Source: Candidatus Nomurabacteria bacterium (GTDB lineage Bacteria; Patescibacteriota; Minisyncoccia; Phycocordibacterales; UBA9973). From it: a DNA stretch of 64,000 bases. Below the pieces are notes generated by a model. The model saw nothing but the letters and a program-made list of their open reading frames with translations, did not search any database and had not been told where the DNA came from. Location of the stretch: the NCBI GenBank assembly GCA_031425235.1, contig JANPIZ010000008.1, positions 91,377 through 155,376 of the forward strand, given 5' to 3'. Positions 37,505 to 47,847 of the stretch are shown here, piece after piece; within the stretch, counting starts at the first letter, position 1; each line of letters opens with the position of its first letter. A program made the position numbers and the translations under genes.

Positions 37505-38395
37505 ATGGCAGGGACAAAAGAAATTAAAAGAAGAATACTAAGTGTAAAAAACACAAAAAAAATCACCAAGGCAATGGAGCTGGTGGCTGCTTCGAAGATG
37601 AAGCGGGCTGTGAATTCTACTATGGCCTCCAGGCTATATGCCGAATACTCATCTGAAGTTTTATTGTCTATTGCTTCAAACTTAAAGGAGTCTACAAATA
37701 TATTTTTCAATGAACAAACAGAAGGTAAAACATTAGTGGTCTTGATTACTTCAAGTCGAGGACTTTGTGGAGGATACAACGCTCAAGCTATAAAAAAGGC
37801 AATTTCCAAACTAAAAGAATTTGGTGATGAAAAAGAAATCGATATGATAACAGTGGGTAGAAAAGGCGACACAGCAATGCGGAGAATCAATCAACATATC
37901 ACTGCGGTATTTACAGATATTCCCGACGTAAATATTTCACTTGCTGATATTTTCCCACTTTCAAAAATTATTATTGACGGTTACAAGGATCATACGTATA
38001 ACAAGGTATACGTGGTATATACGTACTTTCAATCAGCCCTCGCTCAAAAGCCAGTTGTAAAACAGCTTCTCCCGATATCCAAAGAAGAAATTACAGAAGT
38101 ATTAAAAAATTCAACCACAAAGCTCACTCAAACAAAAACTGACTACTTATTTGAGGGTAATTTTGAAACATTACTTGAATCTCTTGCCCATAAAATCACT
38201 CGGATGCAACTATATCAAATGTTGCTCGAGTCGAATGCCTCTGAACAATCCTCTCGAATGCTTGCCATGAAAAATGCGTCGGATGCTTCTGGAGAAATGA
38301 TAGATGAGTTGACATTAATATTTAACAAAGCAAGACAAGCAAACATAACACGAGAAATTTCGGAAATAAGTGCAGGTATGGCCTCAGTGCAATAA
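37505..38395 (+). CDS. atpG: F0F1 ATP synthase subunit gamma
   Basis: ITKAMELVAASKMKRA N-terminal helix and conserved C-terminal helix. Confidence 0.9.
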   Translation: MAGTKEIKRRILSVKNTKKITKAMELVAASKMKRAVNSTMASRLYAEYSSEVLLSIASNLKESTNIFFNEQTEGKTLVVLITSSRGLCGGYNAQAIKKAISKLKEFGDEKEIDMITVGRKGDTAMRRINQHITAVFTDIPDVNISLADIFPLSKIIIDGYKDHTYNKVYVVYTYFQSALAQKPVVKQLLPISKEEITEVLKNSTTKLTQTKTDYLFEGNFETLLESLAHKITRMQLYQMLLESNASEQSSRMLAMKNASDASGEMIDELTLIFNKARQANITREISEISAGMASVQ

Positions 38396-38427
38396 AAATA
38401 TAAGCGAAATTATAAATTATTAGATAA

Positions 38428-39789
<1,362 letters not shown>

Positions 39790-39909
39790 AAATTAAATAT
39801 CTTCTTCTGAAATGTAATCTGTCTGAGCTTGCTAACTCAGCGAACTGCTCGGCTCGTCAGCTTGCGCAAGACATTTCAAAAGAAATATTTAATTTATCAA
39901 GCAAAATTT

Positions 39910-40356
39910 ATGGTAAAACAATTAAAACTAAAAATAATAACTCCGGAGCGACTTATCCTTGAAGAAATGGTTGATCAGGTAAGTTTACCTACTACCGAAG
40001 GTGAGATAACTGTCTTGCCTTCTCACATACCCCTTATCTCTGGACTTGGTTCTGGTGACGTGGTGGCCGTCACAAATGGTGACCATGTTCCCATGGCTGT
40101 AGCTGGTGGCTTTGTTGAAATAAAAACAAATATAGATGGCGTAACCGAAGTTGCCGTACTGGCTGACTTTGCTGAACATGTGTCTGAACTCACAGAAGAA
40201 AAAATAGAACAAGCAAAAGTACGAGCCGAAGAACTCAAGAAAGAAATGGAAAACAAAGAACATGTAGACTTTGAACACTTTGAAGCCGAACTCGAACGTT
40301 CGCTCACTCGTGTAAAAATCGCCGATAAATGGCGAAATAGAAAATACAGAATTTAA
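39910..40356 (+). CDS. atpC: F0F1 ATP synthase subunit epsilon
   Basis: Internal ATG at 39910 gives MVKQLKLKIITPE..., a typical epsilon N-terminus. The track ORF begins further upstream at 39829. Confidence 0.8.
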   Translation: MVKQLKLKIITPERLILEEMVDQVSLPTTEGEITVLPSHIPLISGLGSGDVVAVTNGDHVPMAVAGGFVEIKTNIDGVTEVAVLADFAEHVSELTEEKIEQAKVRAEELKKEMENKEHVDFEHFEAELERSLTRVKIADKWRNRKYRI

Positions 40357-40361
40357 AAAAT

Positions 40362-41039
40362 ATGTCTCAATTTTATATTGTAGCTACACCAATAGGTAAC
40401 CTCGGAGACATTACTTTTCGAGCTATTGAGGTACTCAAAAATGTAGATTTGATACTTTGTGAAGACACTCGAGTTACAAAAAAACTACTCGATAAATATG
40501 AAATAAAAAAACCTACCATGAGCTACCATGCACAAAGCAAGCTCGCGAAGGTAGATAAAATTTTTGAATTATTACAAGACGGTAAAAACCTAGCTCTCGT
40601 ATCTGACGCTGGTACCCCCGGAATATCTGACCCAGGAGCGATGCTTGTATCTAAAATAAAAGAAACATTTAGCTCGGAAGAAGTGAAGGTAATACCCATA
40701 CCTGGAGCCACCGCGCTCATAACTGCATTGTCTGCCTCCGGTTTACCAACCCATGAATTTACTTTTCTTGGTTTTTTACCCCATAAAAAAGGAAGGGAAA
40801 CACTATTCAAAGAAATATCACAAGCAAAAAGAACTTTTGCATTCTACGAATCACCCCATAGAATTTTAAAAACACTTGAAGCACTTGCAAAATTTTGCCC
40901 AGATAAAAAAATTTGTATTGCCCGCGAACTGACAAAAATATATGAAGAATTTAAGACAGGTAGTGCAGAAGAGGTTTTAGAATTTTTGACTAAAAATCCA
41001 GTAAAACAAAAAGGAGAATTTACTGTTTTAGTTGCATGA
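40362..41039 (+). CDS. rsmI: 16S rRNA (cytidine1402-2'-O)-methyltransferase
   Basis: YIVATPIGNLGDIT...LCEDTR tetrapyrrole-methylase fold. Confidence 0.85.
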   Translation: MSQFYIVATPIGNLGDITFRAIEVLKNVDLILCEDTRVTKKLLDKYEIKKPTMSYHAQSKLAKVDKIFELLQDGKNLALVSDAGTPGISDPGAMLVSKIKETFSSEEVKVIPIPGATALITALSASGLPTHEFTFLGFLPHKKGRETLFKEISQAKRTFAFYESPHRILKTLEALAKFCPDKKICIARELTKIYEEFKTGSAEEVLEFLTKNPVKQKGEFTVLVA

Positions 41040-41094
41040 TAGAGGCATAGTGTAATATAATTCTTATATTAATCATTAAGAAGATACGCTCAGG

Positions 41095-41484
41095 ATGAAC
41101 ATTCATTTCTACAAAGATATTTATAAAGACATTTTTAAAAGTAGTGAAGGGTTAGATGCAGAAACATATAAGGATCTTCTTGCAAAGCAACTTATTCTGC
41201 GGGATTATCTCGCGATAGAACGAACAATACTGACAAACGAAGCTACTTTTTTAGCTTATATCCGAACGAGTTTGACTGTCATGGTTGTGGGAGTAACTTT
41301 GTTTAAATTATATGAGTACAATATTAATCCTATCTTACATACAGCAGGTATTGTCTTAGCATTAATTGGATTTATTATATTGGCTATTGGAGCAAGTAGA
41401 ACAATCGACATGAAGAAAAAAATAAACAAATTTCTCCAAAAAAGGCGCGAAGCTGAACAAGTCATTTCTTCTGTTAGTAATTAG
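41095..41484 (+). CDS. DUF202 (YidH) family membrane protein
   Basis: RDYLAIERTILTNEATFLAYIRTSL DUF202 motif with 2-3 TM segments. Confidence 0.6.
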   Translation: MNIHFYKDIYKDIFKSSEGLDAETYKDLLAKQLILRDYLAIERTILTNEATFLAYIRTSLTVMVVGVTLFKLYEYNINPILHTAGIVLALIGFIILAIGASRTIDMKKKINKFLQKRREAEQVISSVSN

Positions 41485-41490
41485 GCAGTA

Positions 41491-43449
41491 TTACAATAAA
41501 TCTTCAGGGTCTACAAATATTTCAAAATCAAAAGGCAATCCTCTTAGTTTTGTAAGTAATTTCTGGTCTATTGTGGTGTTCGTGGAAAGCTCCGGAAGGG
41601 ACCAATCTTTTGTTTCTATCTTTATAAGGGCGTTAACCACATATTTTCTTTTAACATACGATACAAAACCACTAAAAATGAGCGGTTTGTACTCAGCCAA
41701 AACCTCTTCGAATATTTTCTTTGCTTGAGTCGTATTCGTTTTACTGCCTGAATATTTTATTTTTATAAAACGCTTAAAGGGAGGGTATCCAAGGCGAGCT
41801 CTATCTTTTAACTCGCTTCGAATGAATAATAGGAGATTTCTTGATTGAATAGCCTTAATTGCGGGATCAGTGTCATTTTTTGTTTGAATAATAAGTTTTT
41901 GTGATGTTTTAGTGATAATGCCACTTACAATCTGTAGCACTTTTTCACTGATAGTAAAATTTGGAATACTCCAAAATGAATCAAAGGAAGCTACTACCGA
42001 CAATGGCACTTTATTTTTTATGTAATGTATTGCCATTTCAGTACCGACTAAAATAGCGCCAGAAGTTTCTTCAAACTCAGTGATTATTTTCAACGCCTCC
42101 TTTTTTGTTTTTACGGATTCCCGGTCCAATCTAAATATTTTTACGTCTGGAAAGATAGTGCTGAGCTCCTGTTCGACTGTTTCAGTACCTATACCAAGTG
42201 GGGAGAGGTTCCAGCTATCACAGTTAGAACAAATGACGTCGCTATTTTTTTCGTCTCCACATCTATTACAAACAAAAAATCTTTTACCATCTCTATTCGA
42301 CATGTATAACACGAGTGGCGACGAGCAGTTTTTACAGCTTACTAATTCCCCGCAGTCACTACAGATTGTCTGAGTAGCTAAACCTTTCCGCAGCGTAAAT
42401 ACAAAAACATTATTTTGCTTTGAGAGAGAACTGGCTATTTCTCGCAAGCTTTTTTGGGGAAACACTTTAAAAGAAAATGCTTTGCTCTCGACTGCAGGCG
42501 TAGAAGCTTTTAATACTTTAGGATTTTGTATGTCTATTTCTCCCTCGAAGTTGAATCGAAATGATAAAGGATGCATTACTGGCAGGCCTTCGGTAGTCTG
42601 CCTTGATATTGTTTCAAATCGCAGAAGGCTATCACTAATAATGTACTTAGCATTAATGTTTGAAGCAAAAATTTCAACAAACGTCCTCAAGTCAAAGTGA
42701 GGCCTTGCAATCATTTTATAGTTTGGTGAACTCTCGTGTTCAAGTATTATTACTCCAACATCAGTACGGGGAATTGACAGAAAAGGAGTCGTAGCAAGTA
42801 TTAAAACAGTATGCTCTACATTCATAACATTCTTGAATTTTTCAAGGATTTTTTTTGAACTGTATCCCCCATGAAATGTAAAAGTAAATTGCTCTATTCC
42901 CTTCGAAAGGTATTCTTCAAAGTCTACTACATCTTTTTCAGTAGGTAAAACGACAAAGACAGATTTTTTGTTGGCAAAATTTTCACGAATCAAAGTTTTA
43001 TAAATAGATATACGATTTTCAAAATCTTCTTGTAAAAGCAATTTTTCATTCTTGAGTTGGGATAAAGAATTTTTAAAAATTTTCTTAGTATCTATGTATG
43101 CTGCTATAGTATCGTATTCATCTCGAAATAAAGCTGGGATAAGGGAAGTGATGGCACTGTTTTTACTAGAAGCAAAATATACCCCCGTCGACATGATTGC
43201 TTCTATGTATTCTTTTCGGAAAATAGACTTTCCTTTTACTTCAAGGATTTTTTTTAAATTAAAATCCATACCCTTAATGTTCATTTTAGTATCTGTTGCA
43301 TTTTCAACTGAAACAACGAGTGCAAGAGTTTTTGTATTACGCACATAGACACTTACGATGCTCCCCGGGCCTATGTTTTTAGTGGTGAAATATGATAAAT
43401 CGTTCTTTAAAAGTCCCTTTTTTAGCGGTATAACGTTCACGATTTTCAT
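41491..43449 (-). CDS. priA: primosomal protein N' (PriA)-like helicase with degenerate Walker A
   Basis: Cys4 zinc-binding insert CSDCGELVSCKNCSSPLVLY...CNRCG, motif-II-like LEHESSPNYK and HGGYSS, but no GxGKT P-loop. Confidence 0.65.
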   Translation of the reverse strand: MKIVNVIPLKKGLLKNDLSYFTTKNIGPGSIVSVYVRNTKTLALVVSVENATDTKMNIKGMDFNLKKILEVKGKSIFRKEYIEAIMSTGVYFASSKNSAITSLIPALFRDEYDTIAAYIDTKKIFKNSLSQLKNEKLLLQEDFENRISIYKTLIRENFANKKSVFVVLPTEKDVVDFEEYLSKGIEQFTFTFHGGYSSKKILEKFKNVMNVEHTVLILATTPFLSIPRTDVGVIILEHESSPNYKMIARPHFDLRTFVEIFASNINAKYIISDSLLRFETISRQTTEGLPVMHPLSFRFNFEGEIDIQNPKVLKASTPAVESKAFSFKVFPQKSLREIASSLSKQNNVFVFTLRKGLATQTICSDCGELVSCKNCSSPLVLYMSNRDGKRFFVCNRCGDEKNSDVICSNCDSWNLSPLGIGTETVEQELSTIFPDVKIFRLDRESVKTKKEALKIITEFEETSGAILVGTEMAIHYIKNKVPLSVVASFDSFWSIPNFTISEKVLQIVSGIITKTSQKLIIQTKNDTDPAIKAIQSRNLLLFIRSELKDRARLGYPPFKRFIKIKYSGSKTNTTQAKKIFEEVLAEYKPLIFSGFVSYVKRKYVVNALIKIETKDWSLPELSTNTTIDQKLLTKLRGLPFDFEIFVDPEDLL

Positions 43450-43485
43450 GTTTTAATTCTAGCATATTTGTGCTATATTACCCTG

Positions 43486-44499
43486 GTGAAGATTTTTTCA
43501 AAAAAACTCGGAATAGACTTAGGCACGGCAAATACTCTTGTATTTCTCCCTGGTAAAGGAATAGTGCTCAACGAACCTTCAGTAGTCGCTGTATCCGAAC
43601 AAGACAATAAAATTTTAGCAATTGGAGTCGAAGCCAAAGAGATGATTGGAAAAACACCAGAATCTATCATCACATATCGACCCATGAAAGATGGAGTGAT
43701 TGCTGATTATCGAGTAACGGAAGCCATGCTTCATTATTTTATAAACAAAGCCATGGGGAGATTTAATTTTTTTAAACCCGATGTTATGGTATCCGTACCC
43801 GCAGGCGTAACTTCAACCGAACGAAGGGCGGTAGTAGAAGCTGCGATACGCGCAGGCGCTAAAAATGCATATGTCGTCAAGGAGCCGATTTTAGCGGCTA
43901 TTGGTGCCGGTATTCCTATCTACGAATCGAAGGGGTATATGGTAGTTGATATAGGTGGAGGTACTACTGACGTCGCTGTTATCTCACTCGGTGGTATTGT
44001 AGCCTCTACTTCTGTAAAGTGCGCAGGTAATAAAATAGATGCAGCGATTGCAGATTATATTAAGAAAACTTTTAACCTGGCTATAGGTGACCGAACAGCT
44101 GAAGAAGTAAAAATTAAAATAGGCGCCGCTGTGCCGCTTGACGAAGAACTTCAAGTAACCATAAAGGGCCGTGATTTTATCCAAGGTTTACCTCGTAGTG
44201 CTCAAGTCTCTACCAATGAAATAGTGCGTGCAATTGACCCTGAATTGAAACAAATAGTGAAAGCAATAAAAGCAGTACTGCAAGAAACCCCACCAGAGCT
44301 TGCTTCAGATATTATTGACCATGGTATTATTATGACCGGAGGCTCATCACAGCTACGGAATTTTACTGATTTGATTTATTTAAAAACTGGAGTAAAAGCA
44401 TCGCTCGCTGAAGATCCATTATTTTGCGTAGTAAAAGGTACTGGTATCGCGCTAGACCACTTGGACGTATATAAAAAAGCCGTACTCAGTAAGAGATAA
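43486..44499 (+). CDS. mreB: rod shape-determining protein MreB
   Basis: KKLGIDLGTANTLVF actin-fold phosphate-1 motif. GTG at 43486 is preferred over the track start. Confidence 0.9.
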   Translation: MKIFSKKLGIDLGTANTLVFLPGKGIVLNEPSVVAVSEQDNKILAIGVEAKEMIGKTPESIITYRPMKDGVIADYRVTEAMLHYFINKAMGRFNFFKPDVMVSVPAGVTSTERRAVVEAAIRAGAKNAYVVKEPILAAIGAGIPIYESKGYMVVDIGGGTTDVAVISLGGIVASTSVKCAGNKIDAAIADYIKKTFNLAIGDRTAEEVKIKIGAAVPLDEELQVTIKGRDFIQGLPRSAQVSTNEIVRAIDPELKQIVKAIKAVLQETPPELASDIIDHGIIMTGGSSQLRNFTDLIYLKTGVKASLAEDPLFCVVKGTGIALDHLDVYKKAVLSKR

Positions 44500-44508
44500 T
44501 TTGATTTT

Positions 44509-45228
44509 ATGATCAAACATCATTTCAATAAAGAAAATCTACATCACGCATACCTCATAGAGGGCGAAAGAGAATCCATAACACAAGAAATTACTTCTTT
44601 TTTAGAAAGTATTGATATGAAAATTATCAATAATCCTGATGTTGTACAGATACATCTCGACTCTTTTAAAGTTGATAATGCTCGCACGCTCAAATCATAC
44701 GCCACAGAACGCGGGTTGTCGGAAGAAAAAAATGCTAAAAGAATATTCATTATTTCAGCAAACAATTTTTTACTTGAAGCTCAAAACAGCCTCCTTAAAC
44801 TTTTCGAAGAGCCCATACATAACACTCATTTTTTTATCGTAGTGCCAGATACAAGCACATTTATAAAAACTCTTATTTCTAGATTTTACGTTATTACAAA
44901 TACTCAAGACCATAGCTCTAAATTAAAGGGAGCGGAAGAATTTATTACCATGACACCGAAAGCTAGAATCGATTTTTTGAAAGAATTACTAACAGAAGAC
45001 GAGGATGAAGATGAAAGTGTGGTTGCTACCGATTCGATTCGTTCCAAATCTTTGCAATTCCTGAACATGCTTGAATCTACCCTGCACTCAAAAATGTCAA
45101 AATCTACTCTTTCTGGAGAGGTATTTGATCATATTTTTAATGTTAGAAAATATTTACGTCAGCCGGGGAGTTCACCAAAGACATTAATGGAATCAGTGGC
45201 TCTCATTACTCCTAGTTTCTCAAAATAG
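44509..45228 (+). CDS. holB: DNA polymerase III delta' subunit-like (AAA+ clamp-loader)
   Basis: HAYLIEG ... LLKLFEEP ... ISRF motifs; 239 aa. Confidence 0.5.
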   Translation: MIKHHFNKENLHHAYLIEGERESITQEITSFLESIDMKIINNPDVVQIHLDSFKVDNARTLKSYATERGLSEEKNAKRIFIISANNFLLEAQNSLLKLFEEPIHNTHFFIVVPDTSTFIKTLISRFYVITNTQDHSSKLKGAEEFITMTPKARIDFLKELLTEDEDEDESVVATDSIRSKSLQFLNMLESTLHSKMSKSTLSGEVFDHIFNVRKYLRQPGSSPKTLMESVALITPSFSK

Positions 45229-45251
45229 ATTTTACGTGATAGAATATAGCT

Positions 45252-45791
45252 ATGCAGTATAATTTTTCAAATTTCAAATCAGAATTAAAGAAAGTAGAGG
45301 AATTTCTCGGCAAGGAATATCGAGAACTCAATGTCGGACGTGCCTCACCTATGGTACTCGACAGTATTAGTGTAGAGTCTTACGGTTCATATGTGCCACT
45401 TAAGAATGTGGCATCAGTTGCCATCGAAGATCCGAAAACCCTTCGCATTACCGCATGGGATAAAACTCAAATAAAAGGTATTGAAAAAGCCATCATGGGT
45501 GCCAACCTCGGCCTTTCCGTCGCTGTAGACGATGGAGGTATGCGAGTAATTTTCCCTCAGCTCACCACGGAGTCTCGTCGGTCGCTTGTAAAAATACTCA
45601 AAGAAAAACTTGAAGAGTCACGTATCACTGTTCGCCAAGAACGGGAAAATGTAATTAAAGATATGGACAACGCAACAATGACAGAAGACGAAAAATTTAC
45701 CGCCAAAGAAGAACTTCAAAAGATTATCAACGAAGCTAACGCAAACCTAGAAGCGACTTTCGATAAAAAAGAGAAAGAAGTAATGGGGTAG
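45252..45791 (+). CDS. frr: ribosome recycling factor
   Basis: 179 aa; RRF three-helix bundle and beta/alpha domain signature. Confidence 0.9.
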   Translation: MQYNFSNFKSELKKVEEFLGKEYRELNVGRASPMVLDSISVESYGSYVPLKNVASVAIEDPKTLRITAWDKTQIKGIEKAIMGANLGLSVAVDDGGMRVIFPQLTTESRRSLVKILKEKLEESRITVRQERENVIKDMDNATMTEDEKFTAKEELQKIINEANANLEATFDKKEKEVMG

Positions 45792-45809
45792 GTCTGGTCT
45801 TATTGTATT

Positions 45810-46670
45810 ATGCTTGAAAAGCCAATCACGAAACAAGTAGCAACTAATCTTGGTAATCCAAATAATTACTCATTGATAAGTCCATCAGTGAAGTTAGGCT
45901 TTTTGGCAGATGAGGAAATTAAACAAAATAGAACAAGAATTGAGAACGACGAAGAAAGACATATCAGAACCTTTACCGACAAAGAGACTGGTGAAGTGTT
46001 TTACGAAATGAAACCAGAGAGCAATCCAAAGGCACAAATGCTTTTGTCCCTTTTTCTAAAAGGGGTAGTAAATGTTACTGATATTATAAAGGTTGATAAT
46101 GTATATTATGCTCATAAGCAAGATTTCAGTAAAATTGAATCGACTGAAAATAATATCGTTCCTCAATTAAAAGCTGATATGTTATTATTAAATTTAGGAT
46201 TTGAAGATTTTGATCATAAATATTATGAGCGCAGCACAAGTGAGCGAGATCAAATCATTGCAAAACAAGACGGGCTTTCTGAACACCACAACTTAATCAC
46301 AGATGAAGCTAATGGAAAGTATGTTTTCTTTGATTTCAATAACCCTTCTTGGCAATGGCTGGAAAAAATTAAAAAAACTCGTGATCCAGAAATGTTAGAA
46401 AAAATATTTGAAGCTAAGTTTACTAACAAATACTTTTCTGAAGACATAAATAAAGACGAAATACTGGAAACTATTAAAAATAAATCAACGACTCTTTTAA
46501 ATAATTATGGTAATCTTGAGTCCGATGCTTTCAAACAAATTGTAAAAAGATCGGAAATTGAATTATCAGAAAATGACAGAGAACTCGTATTAAACGGTAT
46601 TAAATTAAGATTACAAACACTGGTTAAAGTAATATCAAAACTTAAACCTAATAATAACAAAAATATATAA
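45810..46670 (+). CDS. hypothetical protein (286 aa) in the frr-rseP interval
   Basis: Intact ORF. No signal peptide or TM segment. No family recognised. Confidence 0.45.
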   Translation: MLEKPITKQVATNLGNPNNYSLISPSVKLGFLADEEIKQNRTRIENDEERHIRTFTDKETGEVFYEMKPESNPKAQMLLSLFLKGVVNVTDIIKVDNVYYAHKQDFSKIESTENNIVPQLKADMLLLNLGFEDFDHKYYERSTSERDQIIAKQDGLSEHHNLITDEANGKYVFFDFNNPSWQWLEKIKKTRDPEMLEKIFEAKFTNKYFSEDINKDEILETIKNKSTTLLNNYGNLESDAFKQIVKRSEIELSENDRELVLNGIKLRLQTLVKVISKLKPNNNKNI

Positions 46671-46673
46671 TAT

Positions 46674-47828
46674 ATGAGCATACTTATCTTTATCGTAATC
46701 TTACTTGTTCTCGTTCTTGTTCACGAATGTGGTCACTTTTTTTCTGCTAAAAAATTCGGTATACGCGTAGATGAATTTGGTTTCGGTTTTCCACCAAAAT
46801 TATTTGGTAAGAAAATAGGGGAGACAGAGTACACTGTCAATTTACTACCGATCGGTGGCTTTGTGAAAATTTTCGGGGAAGATCCAAATGAAGAAAATAT
46901 AAATGGACCTGATGCTGCGCGAAGCTTCGTACATAAACCAAAATGGCAGCAGGCCATCGTTCTTATGGCGGGCGTAGCAGCAAACTTTTTGCTTGCGTGG
47001 CTACTTTTTTCTATCGGATTTATGTCCGGCTTGCCTACCTCAGTAAATAGCGCTGACCCAAAATATGAATTATCAAATGTGAGCCTTGTGGTAGTTTCTG
47101 TGGCTCCTGATTCACCCGCAATGAAAGCGGGTCTGCAATCTGGCGACAAAATAATTGCTATAGATTCTACAACTTCTTCAGATTTAGCAGCTAGTCAAGG
47201 AATTAAAAATCCAAGCCCGGATCAATTGAAAGATTTTATTGTTAAAGAAGGATCAGTCTCTAAAGAAGGCCAACTTGCAGGTCAACTATCTCCAGTATTA
47301 GGAATCACATATACTCGTGGTAATACTGAAGAACAAATAGCATTCATAATGCCAGATCAAAACTCAGGAACTGGAGAAGCTACCATAGGCATATCCATGG
47401 ATCAAATAGGAACCGCAAAATTGCCTATTTTTAAAGCTTTTTACGAAGGAGCTAAACTTACCCTAATTGTTACAAAGGGCACAGTGGTGGGGCTTTACAC
47501 GCTTATTACCGATGGTTTAAAAGGTAAAGGCAGTCTGGATGCAGTTACTGGCCCAGTGGGTATGGTCGGTATTGTAGGCGATGCGTACCAATTCGGATTC
47601 GTATACCTATTATCCTTTGCAGCACTTATATCTATAAATCTAGGAATTATAAACGCGATACCTTTCCCTGCACTCGATGGTGGGCGACTCTTCTTCCTCA
47701 TTATAGAAAAAATAAAAGGCTCACCGATAACTCCCAAAATAGCGAACACTGCGAACATGATCGGGTTCGGACTACTTATACTTCTCATGGTTGTCGTAAC
47801 ATATCACGACATAGCTAAGTTATTCTAG
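46674..47828 (+). CDS. rseP: RIP metalloprotease RseP (M50 site-2 protease with PDZ domain)
   Basis: HECGHF zinc motif in TM1 and an internal PDZ domain; 384 aa. Confidence 0.85.
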   Translation: MSILIFIVILLVLVLVHECGHFFSAKKFGIRVDEFGFGFPPKLFGKKIGETEYTVNLLPIGGFVKIFGEDPNEENINGPDAARSFVHKPKWQQAIVLMAGVAANFLLAWLLFSIGFMSGLPTSVNSADPKYELSNVSLVVVSVAPDSPAMKAGLQSGDKIIAIDSTTSSDLAASQGIKNPSPDQLKDFIVKEGSVSKEGQLAGQLSPVLGITYTRGNTEEQIAFIMPDQNSGTGEATIGISMDQIGTAKLPIFKAFYEGAKLTLIVTKGTVVGLYTLITDGLKGKGSLDAVTGPVGMVGIVGDAYQFGFVYLLSFAALISINLGIINAIPFPALDGGRLFFLIIEKIKGSPITPKIANTANMIGFGLLILLMVVVTYHDIAKLF

Positions 47829-47847
47829 ACAAAAATAAATTTAAATT

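Noticed and set aside
45810-46670. Calling the 286-aa protein a diverged UppS or CdsA on the basis of synteny
   Set aside because: It has no DGNGRWA-type UppS motif and no CdsA TM segments. Synteny alone is not sufficient.
46733-47149. 138-aa minus-strand ORF inside rseP
   Set aside because: It is antisense to the M50 protease gene.
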